From the NCBI GenBank assembly GCA_963809845.1, contig CAWELO010000003.1, forward strand, positions 68,709 through 132,708: DNA of 64,000 bases. The letters are read 5' to 3'. Below the pieces are notes generated by a model, which did not search any database, had not been told where the DNA came from, and worked only from the letters and a program-made list of their open reading frames with translations. Numbering within the stretch: position 1 is the stretch's first letter; each line of letters begins with the position of its first letter. Origin of the DNA: an uncultured Verrucomicrobiae bacterium. Its GTDB lineage: Bacteria > Verrucomicrobiota > Verrucomicrobiia > Limisphaerales > UBA8199. The position numbers were made by a program, and so were the translations under genes. This document shows, one piece after another, positions 53,719-63,404 of the stretch.

Positions 53719-53827
53719 GGGGCAGGGAGGCTCATCGGAAGAACTATAGCGCAGGTCGGGAACCGTGACAATCACACCTTTACCGCCTGACAGGGGCGGG
53801 CGGCGCCCGTATATTTGCGTCACCTGA

Positions 53828-55300
53828 ATGCGGCCCGCCCCGAATCTTTGGGAACTTGCGCATAGCGCATGGCATATCGGATTCGCCGCTCTGGCCTTGC
53901 TGCTGGCCCTGGCGGCTTCCGCGCATGCCGTGCTCTACAAGCGGGACTCGCGCTCGGCCATTGCGTGGGTGGGTTTCATCTGGCTGGCGCCGCTCGCCGG
54001 GGCCGTGCTTTATTTCATCTTCGGCGTCAACCGCCTCCGCCGCCACGCCGCCGGATTGCGCGAAAGCCTGGAACATTACCATGCGCCCCTCCTGCACGCG
54101 GAGTGCCTGCCCGAGGGATTGCACCAGCATTTCCCCGCCCGGGCCAACCAGTTGGAAATGCTGGCGCGGGTGGTGGGCCAGGTCGTCGATCGCCCGCTGC
54201 TCCCCGGCAACTCGATTGAACCTTTGATCAATGGCGACCAGGCCTACCCGGCGATGCTCGAAGCCGTGCGGCACGCGCGGCAGACCATTGCTTTCGAAAC
54301 CTACATTTTCGACCGGGACCCGGTGGGCTTGGAGTTCGCCGCCGCGCTGGGCGAGGCGCAGCGGCGCGGGGTCGAGGTGCGCGTGCTGATCGATGCGGCC
54401 GGCACGCGTTATTCTTTCCCCAGCATTCTCAAGGCATTGCGCCACGAGGGCGTGCCGCATGCGCGGTTTCTTCCTTTGCTCGGCAGTGGCTGGCGGCTGC
54501 TCTCGCTGAATTTGCGGACGCACCGCAAAATCATGGTGGTGGACGGACGAGAAGGGTTCACCGGCGGAATGAACGTCCGCCTGGGCAACTGCCTGCGCCG
54601 CAACCCGCCGCGCCCGGTGCAGGATCTTCACTTTCGGGTGCGGGGTCCGGTGGTCGCGCAATTGCAGGAGGCCTTCGCCGATGACTGGCTCTTTACGACC
54701 CGCGAAGCGCTCCGGGGCGAGGCCTGGTTTCCCAAAGCCGAGCCGGCCGGAGCGGTGCTCGCCCGGGGCGTCACCGACGGTCCGGATGAAGACTTCGAGA
54801 AACTCCGCTGGACCTTGCTGGGCGCGCTGTCAATCGCCAGCGAGTCGGTGTGCATCGTCACGCCCTATTTCCTCCCGGACCCGGCGGTGGTGTCGGCCCT
54901 GAACCTGGCGGCGATGCGCGGCGTGCGGGTGGACATCCTTCTGCCGTCCCGCTCGAACCTGCCCTTTGTGCAATGGGCCTCGCGGGCCATGTGGTGGCAG
55001 GTCCTCGAGCATGGGTGCCGCCTTTGGCTCACGCCCCCGCCCTTCGATCACTCCAAGCTCATGCTGGTGGACTCGTGCTGGGCCTTGGTCGGCTCGGCCA
55101 ATTGGGACGCCCGGAGCCTGCGCTTGAATTTCGAATTCAACGTCGAGTGTTACGATCTCGACCTCGCGCGCCAGCTCCAAAAGATCGCCGACGCCAAGCG
55201 CAAAGACGCCGTGCAAGTCACCCTCGCGGACATCGATGCACGTCCCCTGCCCGTCCGCTTGCGGGACGGCGTCGCCCGGCTGCTGACGCCGTATTTGTGA
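53828..55300 (+). CDS. cls: cardiolipin synthase (phospholipase D family, two HKD motifs)
   Basis: There are N-terminal TM helices. The HKD motifs are HRKIMVVDGREGFTGGMN and HSKLMLVDSCWALVGSANWD. Confidence 0.9.
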   Translation: MRPAPNLWELAHSAWHIGFAALALLLALAASAHAVLYKRDSRSAIAWVGFIWLAPLAGAVLYFIFGVNRLRRHAAGLRESLEHYHAPLLHAECLPEGLHQHFPARANQLEMLARVVGQVVDRPLLPGNSIEPLINGDQAYPAMLEAVRHARQTIAFETYIFDRDPVGLEFAAALGEAQRRGVEVRVLIDAAGTRYSFPSILKALRHEGVPHARFLPLLGSGWRLLSLNLRTHRKIMVVDGREGFTGGMNVRLGNCLRRNPPRPVQDLHFRVRGPVVAQLQEAFADDWLFTTREALRGEAWFPKAEPAGAVLARGVTDGPDEDFEKLRWTLLGALSIASESVCIVTPYFLPDPAVVSALNLAAMRGVRVDILLPSRSNLPFVQWASRAMWWQVLEHGCRLWLTPPPFDHSKLMLVDSCWALVGSANWDARSLRLNFEFNVECYDLDLARQLQKIADAKRKDAVQVTLADIDARPLPVRLRDGVARLLTPYL

Positions 55301-55379
55301 TGCGGCGCGACCGAATCCTCCACCTGTTGGTTGACGCACGCCACGGGCTATGATTGACTGTCCGCAGTTGGAGCAATAT

Positions 55380-56516
55380 ATGAGAGTTCCATTCAGTCTT
55401 ATCACGGCGTGCGGATTGCTAACCCCATGGATTTGCAGCGGCGCGCAGACAGCGCAGGCGAGGATGTTTTGCATTTCGGTCCGGTTGGACCCGGCGACAG
55501 ATTCCTACGGTGATATGCTGAGCGTGAACAGCACTGGAACGCCTGACGGCGCCGGAGAATTGCTCCCCTGGGGCCTGCCACCGCAACGCGAAATCGATCA
55601 ACCCCCGGTGATTCTCTACACCAGCGTCGCCACGCTGTACGACAGCACGTTCGATATCACCGCGGTGGATGGTGGCTTCACGGTCTATCTGCCCGAGTTG
55701 GTGGACGCGAACACGAACGGCTATCCCGATTTTTTCGAGGTGTCGCAAGGAGTCAACACCAACAGCTATAATAGCAGTTACAATTTTGGCTCGGTGATCG
55801 GCAGCGGGCCGATCTGGACGACGTGGTTCCGGGCGCCGTCTTCCTCCCAGGGCACCTGCACGCTCTATTTGCCCAATTACCAGAGTTCCTTCACGCATAG
55901 CTTCGAGATCCTCGAGTACACCGGCCCGCTGGTGTATACGCCCGGCTCGAACAGCGTCTCGGCCACCGTCGCTCTGAAACAGACCGGCGCGGCGACCAAC
56001 ACGTTCCAGGGCTCACTGCAGTTTGCCAAATCACCCACCGACCGGATGAACCAGTTAACGCTCCAATTCGGCAAACTCCTCGACGCGTCCCAACAAACAC
56101 ATTGGTTCACCAACCATGTGTTCTTCCGGAACCTGAATTGGCCCACCAACTATTCCGGGTACGTCGAGTTCGACAACGACGGCACGCAGAATACGCCTTA
56201 TCCCTATGCTTTCTGGGTGCTATCCATCACCGACACCAACGATATCAACCAGAACGGCATTCCAGATTTCAGCGATGATCCCCCCGCCGGACAGCCGGTT
56301 TTGCCCCGCGCACCCCAACTTGCCCTGACGGCCACGCCAACCAACTTCCTCCTCACCCTCCACGGTGACATCGGGCACTTGCACACGGTTCAGACCTCCT
56401 CCGTCCTGCCGGGCAACTGGCAGGATCTCCTGTCCCTCACCCTGACCAACGACCCGCAGGTCATTCCCGTGCCACTCCGGGGAACGACTGAGTTCTGGCG
56501 GGCCTTCGCGCAATAG
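55380..56516 (+). CDS. secreted hypothetical protein with two N-x-NG-x-PDF motifs and a C-terminal beta-sandwich-like tail
   Basis: ORF 55350..56516. The ATG at 55380 gives MRVPFSLITACGLLTPWICSGAQTAQA (signal). It carries DANTNGYPDFFE and DINQNGIPDFSDD. The C-terminus is ...VQTSSVLPGNWQDLLSLTLTNDPQ...TEFWRAFAQ. Confidence 0.65.
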   Translation: MRVPFSLITACGLLTPWICSGAQTAQARMFCISVRLDPATDSYGDMLSVNSTGTPDGAGELLPWGLPPQREIDQPPVILYTSVATLYDSTFDITAVDGGFTVYLPELVDANTNGYPDFFEVSQGVNTNSYNSSYNFGSVIGSGPIWTTWFRAPSSSQGTCTLYLPNYQSSFTHSFEILEYTGPLVYTPGSNSVSATVALKQTGAATNTFQGSLQFAKSPTDRMNQLTLQFGKLLDASQQTHWFTNHVFFRNLNWPTNYSGYVEFDNDGTQNTPYPYAFWVLSITDTNDINQNGIPDFSDDPPAGQPVLPRAPQLALTATPTNFLLTLHGDIGHLHTVQTSSVLPGNWQDLLSLTLTNDPQVIPVPLRGTTEFWRAFAQ

Positions 56517-56536
56517 AGAGCCTAACGAGGCTCGCC

Positions 56537-56557
56537 CTCAAACCGCCGGGGTTTGAG
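56537..56557 (+). terminator. stem-loop just after the stop of 55380..56516
   Basis: ctcaaacc-gccgg-ggtttgag: an 8-bp perfect stem 21 nt after the stop. There is no clear U-tract, so confidence is low. Confidence 0.35.
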
Positions 56558-56667
56558 CGGTAGTGTCGGGTGGAGTGGGCCTGAACACGTCGCGGGTGGC
56601 AGTCGCCTCATTCCTTTGGCCCGTCCCGCAGTCTCCGGTGATTCGGGCACTTCGAAGTCTCCTAATC

Positions 56668-56755
56668 TTTCGTGTATTTGGCGTATTTCGTGGTCTGCCG
56701 GTTTTGCGCGTGTTTCGTGGGTTTCGTGGTCCCCGGGTGTTTCATGCCTTTCGTA
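56668..56755 (+). repeat. irregular tandem array of TTTCGTG heptamers
   Basis: TTTCGTG occurs at 56668, 56686, 56713 and 56722. Variants are TTTCATG at 56739 and TTTCGTA at 56749. Confidence 0.75.
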
Positions 56756-56800
56756 GTCTCCCGAGGAGGATGTGCCCGGCGGTTGGGTGCACGACAAAAC

Positions 56801-57054
56801 TCTTCGTTGCCTTCGTTTGCTTGGTGTACAAAGAATTCTGGGTTTCCATGGCTTGCCTGCCGGGTACAAACACGGCCCAGGCATTCTGTTTTCCCAGTTG
56901 CGGAGCTAGAGGAAGCCGCCGGATATACCCCGAGAGTTGAGCAGCCTCAACCTCTACGGGAAGAAGCGGACGGATGGCCGGATACGCAGGATCCCGCCGC
57001 GTGCGAACTGCAGGGGCCAAACCCAAGAACAAAAGCAAACGAAGGAAACGAAGA
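56801..57054. repeat. 22-nt inverted repeat pair (21/22 identical) flanking about 208 bp; MITE-like or long-hairpin element
   Basis: tcttcgttgccttcgtttgctt lies at 56801-56822. The reverse complement of 57033-57054 is tcttcgtttccttcgtttgctt. Confidence 0.6.
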
Positions 57055-57238
57055 GGCTGCCTCGAGAGTTGGTCGAGTTGGCCTCATTGTTTGCAGCGGG
57101 AAGCCATACGACCCCACAAGAAACACTGGGAAATCCACAAATGGAGATTTTTGTCTTACGCCCCCGGCGGTTTGAGATGATCGAGATCTCTTGACCTATA
57201 AGGAAAGTGGAAGGAACTTATTAGCTCATCGTCAGCCC

Positions 57239-59896
57239 ATGATTGTCCCGGTCACACAGGTCCCGGTCGCCTCGAGCGGAAGCTCCCGGCTGTCCCGGGG
57301 CGTCGCTCGGGCGCGCTCGGCGGCCGGCGCGCAGATCGCATTGGTGCTTCTGGCGGCGGTTCCGGGCCTCCTGGGGATCTCGGCTCGCGCGAACGGGGCC
57401 ACGTCGGCGGATTTCAATCGCGACATCCGGCCTATTCTTACCGAAAACTGCTATAAATGCCACGGGCCTGACGAAGGCGCCCGAAAGGCCGGCCTGCGGC
57501 TTGATGTTCGCCCGGATCCACTCAAGCCCGCGAAGTCGGGGCGCACCCCGATCGTGCCCGGGGCGCCCGAGCGCAGTGAACTGATCGCCCGTGTTACGGC
57601 GCAGGACCCCCGCAAGCGCATGCCGCCGCCCGCCTCGGGCAAGAGTCTTACGGCGGCCCAAATCGATGACTTGCGGAGATGGATCACCGAAGGCGCCCCC
57701 TACGCCATGCATTGGGCGTACGTGCGGCCGGTGCGCCCGCCCCTGCCCGCGGTCAGGCACAAGGAATGGCCGCGGACTGCTCTCGACTACTTTATCCTGA
57801 ACCGCCTGGAACACGAGGGACTGCAACCCTCTCCCCCGGCGGACCGGCGGCTGCTGATCCGGCGCGTGTCATTGGATCTGACGGGTCTGCCGCCCACCCT
57901 GGGAGAGATCGAGCAGTTTGTCAGCGATACGCGCCCTGACGCCTACAGCCGGCTGGTGGATCGGTTGCTGGAAAAGCCCGCTTATGGAGAACGCTGGGCC
58001 AGGATGTGGCTGGATCTGGCCCGGTATGCCGATTCCGCAGGTTACGCCGATGATCCCCTGCGGACGATCTGGGCCTACCGCGATTATGTGATCCGTTCTT
58101 TCAACAAGAACAAACCGTTCGACCGGTTCACCATCGAACAAATCGCCGGGGACCTGCTGCCGGACGCCACCGAGGAAGATCGCGTGGCCACAGCGTATCA
58201 CCGCAACACCATGACCAATAACGAAGGTGGCACCGATGATGAGGAATTCAGGAACGCCGCCATTGTGGACCGGGTCAACACGACGATGTCCGTATGGATG
58301 GCGACCTCGATGGGTTGCGCGCAGTGCCATCACCACAAGTACGATCCGATCTCCCAGGAAGAATACTTCCGCTTCTTCGCCATCTTCAACAATACCGAGG
58401 ATGCGGACCGCTCCGATGAAGCGCCGGTGCTCAAGGTGTTCACGGAAGATCAGCAGCGCGAGCGCGCGCCGCTGCTACGGGAGGCGGGTGAGATCCACCG
58501 CCGATTTCGGACTCCCACACCCCGGGCCGGCGCGGAGCTGCCACGCTGGGAGAAGGAGTTTCCGCTGGAATTGATCTGGCAAAATGCGCTCGGACGATCG
58601 GTCGTCCCGGCCTACCCGGACGAAGCCGCCGCTCAGTCCGCCGGAATACCCGAAGCAACGCTCGGGATCCTGGAACTCAGCGCCTCGGAGCGGACCGCCT
58701 CCGAGCAGGCCGATTTGCTCGAGTATTTCCAGGCTCACATCGCGGCGGAAACCGCACCCGAGCGGCAACGCCTTGCCGAACTCGAGCACCAGCTCGCGGC
58801 CATCGAACCGACGACCGTTCCCGTGATGCAGGAACTGGAGGGAGACAGGCGGCGCAAAACCCACGTGGAACTCCGAGGCAATTTTAAGGCGCTGGCAGAA
58901 ACGGTGACCGAGGGGGTTCCCGCGGTATTTCCGCCGTTGCCGACAAATATGCCGCCGAATCGCCTGGCGTTGGCGCGCTGGCTGGTGGACGACCGCAATC
59001 CTTTAACCGCGCGTGTGCTCGCCAACCGCCTGTGGGAACAGATTTTCGGGATCGGCATTGTTCGCACCTTGGAAGATTTCGGCTCTCAAGGGGATTTACC
59101 CACGCATCCGGAGCTGCTGGATTGGCTGGCGTGCGAAATGATGAGCCGGCATTGGGATATCAAGGCCTTCCTGAAGCTGCTGGTCACTTCCGCGGCGTAT
59201 CAGCAATCCTCGCGCGTCACTCCCGAACTGCTCGAACGCGACCCCGACAATCTGCTCCTGGCGCGCGGACCGCGCTTTCGCCTGCCCGCCGAGGAAGTCC
59301 GGGACCAGGCGCTGTTTGTCAGTGGTTTGCTCAGCTCGAAAATGTATGGCGCGCCCGTGCGCCCGCCTCAACCCTCGTTGGGCCTGAGCGCGGCTTTTGG
59401 GAGTTCGCTCGACTGGAAGACCAGCGAGGGGGAAGACCGGTATCGCCGCGCGATCTATGTGGAGTGGCGGCGCACCAACCCCTATGCCTCGCTGGCCACC
59501 TTTGACGCCCCGAACCGGGAGGTATGCGCGCTGCGGCGGCCCCGCAGCAACACGCCGCTGCAGGCGCTGGTCGTGTTGAACGACCCGGTGTATGTCGAGG
59601 CCGCTCAATCCCTCGCGCGGCGCATGGAGCAGCATAGTGGTTCGGCGCAGGATGAAGTTGCCTACGGTTTCCGGCTTTGTCTGGCACGTCCGCCTCGGGA
59701 AGCCGAGTTGCGCCGCCTGGTGGCGTTTTACGACGCAGCTTGCACGGATTTCCGCCAGGACGAACGACACGCCGCCAAACTGGCGACCGACCCTATTGGC
59801 TCCTTTCCCGAAGGAGGCGATACGGCGGACCTGGCCGCGCTGACGGCGGTGGGAAATGTGCTGCTCAATTTGGATGAGACCCTGATGAAGCCCTGA
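57239..59896 (+). CDS. PSCyt1 (CxxCH haem-binding) + DUF1549 + DUF1553 domain protein
   Basis: ORF 57191..59896 (TTG start); the ATG is at 57239. FNRDIRPILTENCYKCHGPDEGARKAGLRLD is the Planctomycete-cytochrome-C-type domain. The remainder has the characteristic DUF1549/DUF1553 length and pattern. Confidence 0.85.
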   Translation: MIVPVTQVPVASSGSSRLSRGVARARSAAGAQIALVLLAAVPGLLGISARANGATSADFNRDIRPILTENCYKCHGPDEGARKAGLRLDVRPDPLKPAKSGRTPIVPGAPERSELIARVTAQDPRKRMPPPASGKSLTAAQIDDLRRWITEGAPYAMHWAYVRPVRPPLPAVRHKEWPRTALDYFILNRLEHEGLQPSPPADRRLLIRRVSLDLTGLPPTLGEIEQFVSDTRPDAYSRLVDRLLEKPAYGERWARMWLDLARYADSAGYADDPLRTIWAYRDYVIRSFNKNKPFDRFTIEQIAGDLLPDATEEDRVATAYHRNTMTNNEGGTDDEEFRNAAIVDRVNTTMSVWMATSMGCAQCHHHKYDPISQEEYFRFFAIFNNTEDADRSDEAPVLKVFTEDQQRERAPLLREAGEIHRRFRTPTPRAGAELPRWEKEFPLELIWQNALGRSVVPAYPDEAAAQSAGIPEATLGILELSASERTASEQADLLEYFQAHIAAETAPERQRLAELEHQLAAIEPTTVPVMQELEGDRRRKTHVELRGNFKALAETVTEGVPAVFPPLPTNMPPNRLALARWLVDDRNPLTARVLANRLWEQIFGIGIVRTLEDFGSQGDLPTHPELLDWLACEMMSRHWDIKAFLKLLVTSAAYQQSSRVTPELLERDPDNLLLARGPRFRLPAEEVRDQALFVSGLLSSKMYGAPVRPPQPSLGLSAAFGSSLDWKTSEGEDRYRRAIYVEWRRTNPYASLATFDAPNREVCALRRPRSNTPLQALVVLNDPVYVEAAQSLARRMEQHSGSAQDEVAYGFRLCLARPPREAELRRLVAFYDAACTDFRQDERHAAKLATDPIGSFPEGGDTADLAALTAVGNVLLNLDETLMKP

Positions 59897-60080
59897 AGCC
59901 ACCACGCATGATGCGAATTGCGATGAAATCAATACGGGTGGGCCGCCGGCGGCAGACAGGTGGTGAACGTTGCGAGTGGCAGGTTGCGGGCCACACGCTG
60001 CGCGCCGCCAGTCTCGGCGAAGCTTCAACCCTCGACCTTCAACCCATGATTGAAGCCGCAGGAAAACTCGGCATGCCATT

Positions 60081-61538
60081 ATGAAAGATCCCCGGTTCGA
60101 GCAGCTCCAGAATTTCACACGACGGAGCTTTCTGAAAAGCACCGGCCAGTTTTGCCTGGGCGCAATTGCCCTGGCGGACCTGTTGGGCCGGGAGGCGAAT
60201 GCCGGGCCGCTTTCCAGCGCGAACCCCCTGGCGGCCCGGCGTCCCCATTTCGCGCCGAAGGTCAAGCGCGTGATTTACCTGCACATGTCCGGTGGTCCGC
60301 CCCACCTGGATTTGTTCGATTACAAGCCGGAGTTGGTCGAGTGGAATGACAAGCCGTGCCCGGACGAGTTTCTCAAGGGCCGGCGCTTTGCCTTCACCAC
60401 CGGGGTGCCCAAACTCATGGGCACGCCCCGGGAGTTCGGGCGCTACGGTGACGCGGGCATTTGGATGTCGGACGCCATTCCGAAGCTGCACGACGTGGCG
60501 GATGAACTGTGCGTGATTCGCTCGATGAACACCGATCAGTTCAACCACACCCCGGCGGAGCTGTTGCTCTTCACCGGATCTCCGCGTGCGGGGCGTCCCT
60601 CGATGGGTTCCTGGGTCACCTATGGCCTGGGGACGGAGAACCAAAACCTGCCGGGTTTCGTGGTGCTCATTTCGAGCGGGACCCAGCCGAGCGCCGGCCC
60701 CAGCGCCTGGGGCAGCGGATTCCTGCCTTCGGTGTTCCAGGGGGTGCAATGCCGCTCCAAAGGCGATCCGGTGCTTTATGTATCCGATCCGCCGGGGATG
60801 GACCGCGCGTTGCGCCGCAAGACGCTGGATGTGCTGCGGGATCTGAACGAAGACCAGATGCGGGAGTTGGGCCATCCGGAAACTGCCACGCGGATTGCCC
60901 AATACGAGCTGGCTTACCGCATGCAAATGTCGGTGCCTGAACTCATGGATATTTCGCGCGAGCCTCAGGCCATGATCGATAGCTACGGCGCCAAGCCGGG
61001 CGAGGCCAGTTTCGCCAATAATTGCCTGCTGGCCCGGCGCCTCGTCGAGCAAGGGGTCCGTTTCGTGCAGCTCTTCGACTGGGGCTGGGACTTTCACGGG
61101 ACCAGCGAAGCCGAGGACATCCGGGATGGCCTGACGAAAAAGTGCGCGCGCATGGACCAGCCGGTGGCCGCGCTGATCCGGGACCTGCGCCAGCGCGGTT
61201 TGCTCGATGAAACGCTCATCGTTTGGGGCGGCGAGTTTGGGCGCACGCCATTCCGTGAGGGCCGCACGGCCGCTGGAAAGATCCTGGGCCGGGACCACTA
61301 CCCGGATTGTTTCACCATGTTCCTTGCCGGCGGCGGCATCCGCAAGGGGTTCACGTATGGGGAGACCGACGAACTCGGCTTCGCCGTCACGCGGGACAAG
61401 GTGCCGATCCATGACTTCCAGGCCACGATCCTTCACCTCCTGGGGTTCGATCACGAGCGGCTTACCTTCCGGTTTCAAGGGCGGGACTTCCGCCTGACGG
61501 ATGTCGAAGGCAAAGTCGTCAGTGGGATTTTGACCTGA
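60081..61538 (+). CDS. DUF1501 domain protein (sulfatase/alkaline-phosphatase-like fold) with Tat signal
   Basis: MKDPRFEQLQNFTRRSFLKSTGQFCLGAIALADLLG is the Tat signal. GGPPHLDLFDYKP and GRDHYP are DUF1501 hallmarks from memory. It is the usual partner of DUF1553 proteins. Confidence 0.85.
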   Translation: MKDPRFEQLQNFTRRSFLKSTGQFCLGAIALADLLGREANAGPLSSANPLAARRPHFAPKVKRVIYLHMSGGPPHLDLFDYKPELVEWNDKPCPDEFLKGRRFAFTTGVPKLMGTPREFGRYGDAGIWMSDAIPKLHDVADELCVIRSMNTDQFNHTPAELLLFTGSPRAGRPSMGSWVTYGLGTENQNLPGFVVLISSGTQPSAGPSAWGSGFLPSVFQGVQCRSKGDPVLYVSDPPGMDRALRRKTLDVLRDLNEDQMRELGHPETATRIAQYELAYRMQMSVPELMDISREPQAMIDSYGAKPGEASFANNCLLARRLVEQGVRFVQLFDWGWDFHGTSEAEDIRDGLTKKCARMDQPVAALIRDLRQRGLLDETLIVWGGEFGRTPFREGRTAAGKILGRDHYPDCFTMFLAGGGIRKGFTYGETDELGFAVTRDKVPIHDFQATILHLLGFDHERLTFRFQGRDFRLTDVEGKVVSGILT

Positions 61539-61568
61539 AGGGCCTTCCCCCTTCACCGCCGAGACGCG

Positions 61569-63266
61569 TTAATCGCCTTGTAAAAGCGCCTGGGCATGCT
61601 TGCGCGCGGCCTCGGTCTGGCCGCCGAGCATGCGCGCCAGTTCCCTGACGCGCTCCTCCTTCTCAATCCGAGTAATCTCGGAGATGGTGCGACCCGCCTT
61701 CGCCTGCTTGGTGACCACATAATGGGCCGAAGCGGCAGCCGCGACCTGGGGCAAATGAGTGACGCAGAGTACCTGCCGCTTTTGCGCGATTTGCCGCATC
61801 TTCCCGCCGACGGCGTGGGCGGTCTCGCCACCGACATGGGCATCCACCTCGTCAAAAACCAGCACCGGAACCTGGTCTTCGGCGGCCAGGACGGTTTTGA
61901 GCGCGAGCATCACCCGCGCCAATTCCCCGGAGGAAGCGATGGCCCGCAGGTTGCGGGCGGGTTCGCCCGGATTCGGGGCGAACTGAAATTCAACCGTGTC
62001 GAAGCCGGAATGGGAGAGCTGTTCCGGGAGACTGTCGGCGCGCGAACTCCGGTTGTGCTCCCGGGTCGCTAGCGCGATATCGAACCGGCTTTGCTTGAAA
62101 CCGAGATCCGAGAGTTGCTTGGTGACGGCCTTGGAAATTTGCGGGATGAGCCCGCGGCGTTCGAGTGAGAGCGACCGCCCGGCGCGCACGATTTCCGAGT
62201 CCACCTTGTCCAACTCGCTGTTGATGCGGGCCAGCGCCTCGTCGCGCTGTTCCAGGTCTTCGAGCTTGCGCTTTGCCTGCTCGCCAAACGCCAGCACTTC
62301 ACCCAGCGTCGAGCCGTACTTCAACTTGAGCGAATGCAGCAGGTTCAGGCGCTGTTCCAGTTCTTGAAGCCGCGCCGGTTCCACTTCCACGTGGTCCGCG
62401 TAATGGGACAGTTCGGCCTGCAACTCCCGCAGGTCAGCGGTCACTTGTTCGTGCTGCGCCAGCAGCCCCGCGGCCCCGCTATCGAGCCGCTGCAATTCCT
62501 GCAAGGTCCGGCCCACCGCTCCGGCTTGGGTGAGAATGGAAGGATCGCTCTCGGCCAGCAAATCCAAGGCGGCATGGCTGAGTTCCAGCAGCCTGGCTGC
62601 ATTACTGGCCCGACGGTACTCCTGTTCGACCTCTTCCTCCTCGCCGACGCGGAGCCGGGCCGCGGTAATCTCCGCGACTTGGAACCGCAGCAGGTCCAGT
62701 TGCTGAGCGTAGGTCCGTTCATCGACAATCAGACCCGCCTTTTCAGCGGTGAGCGCGGACCGCCGGCGCACCCAGCCTGCGAAGCCCTCGCGTTGCGAGT
62801 CCAGCTTCCCGAACGCATCAAGGATGGCGAGTTGCTGGTCGGGGTGCAACAGCGACTGGTGCTCGTGGGGTCCGTGGATATCTACCAGCCACTCGCCCAG
62901 CTTGGCCAGCGTGCTCAGGCTCGCGGGCGAGCCGTTGATGAATTGCCGGTTGGTCCCCGCGCTCGTGAACGTGCGCTTGAGGACAAGCTGGTGATCCTCA
63001 CAAGGCTCGAGTCCGTTGGCCTCGAGAAACGGCCCCAATTTGGCCCCGAGCCCCGCCACCTCGAATACCGCCTCGACCGAGCAACTGTCCGCGCCGCTGC
63101 GAATCAGGGTCCGGTCTGCGCGCTCGCCCAGCACGAGCCCCAGCGCGCCAATCAGGATCGATTTTCCAGCCCCGGTTTCACCGGTGATGACGTTATACCC
63201 GGGCTGCAGTTCCAGCGTGAGGTCCACCACCAGGGCCAGGTTCTTGATGCGCAGTGTCGTCAGCAT
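61569..63266 (-). CDS. recN: DNA repair protein RecN
   Basis: MLTTLRIKNLALVVDLTLELQPGYNVITGETGAGKSILIGALGLVLGERAD has the Walker A motif. A long coiled-coil middle follows. The C-terminal FDEVDAHVGG is Walker B. 565 aa. Confidence 0.93.
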   Translation of the reverse strand: MLTTLRIKNLALVVDLTLELQPGYNVITGETGAGKSILIGALGLVLGERADRTLIRSGADSCSVEAVFEVAGLGAKLGPFLEANGLEPCEDHQLVLKRTFTSAGTNRQFINGSPASLSTLAKLGEWLVDIHGPHEHQSLLHPDQQLAILDAFGKLDSQREGFAGWVRRRSALTAEKAGLIVDERTYAQQLDLLRFQVAEITAARLRVGEEEEVEQEYRRASNAARLLELSHAALDLLAESDPSILTQAGAVGRTLQELQRLDSGAAGLLAQHEQVTADLRELQAELSHYADHVEVEPARLQELEQRLNLLHSLKLKYGSTLGEVLAFGEQAKRKLEDLEQRDEALARINSELDKVDSEIVRAGRSLSLERRGLIPQISKAVTKQLSDLGFKQSRFDIALATREHNRSSRADSLPEQLSHSGFDTVEFQFAPNPGEPARNLRAIASSGELARVMLALKTVLAAEDQVPVLVFDEVDAHVGGETAHAVGGKMRQIAQKRQVLCVTHLPQVAAAASAHYVVTKQAKAGRTISEITRIEKEERVRELARMLGGQTEAARKHAQALLQGD

Positions 63267-63404
63267 GTCACCGTGTCCCCGGCAATGTAAGTGAGAACCG
63301 CCCGCGACAAAAGCAAACTTGGCGCTTTCGCTTGCTCCGGATCACAAAAAGTCTGCCCCGGCAAGGCGAGGAGCCCGCCCCTTCGCAGTGCCAGAGGTTG
63401 GTCG

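Noticed and set aside
56557-56569. gagcggtagtgtc as a JUMPStart/ops (GGCGGTAGnnTG) element
   Set aside because: It has mismatches at conserved positions, and its location is wrong: it is not upstream of the polysaccharide operon.
60039-61556. 505-aa minus-strand ORF
   Set aside because: It is antisense to the DUF1501 gene, has low-complexity Arg/Pro/Gly composition, and the plus frame has a Tat signal and family motifs.
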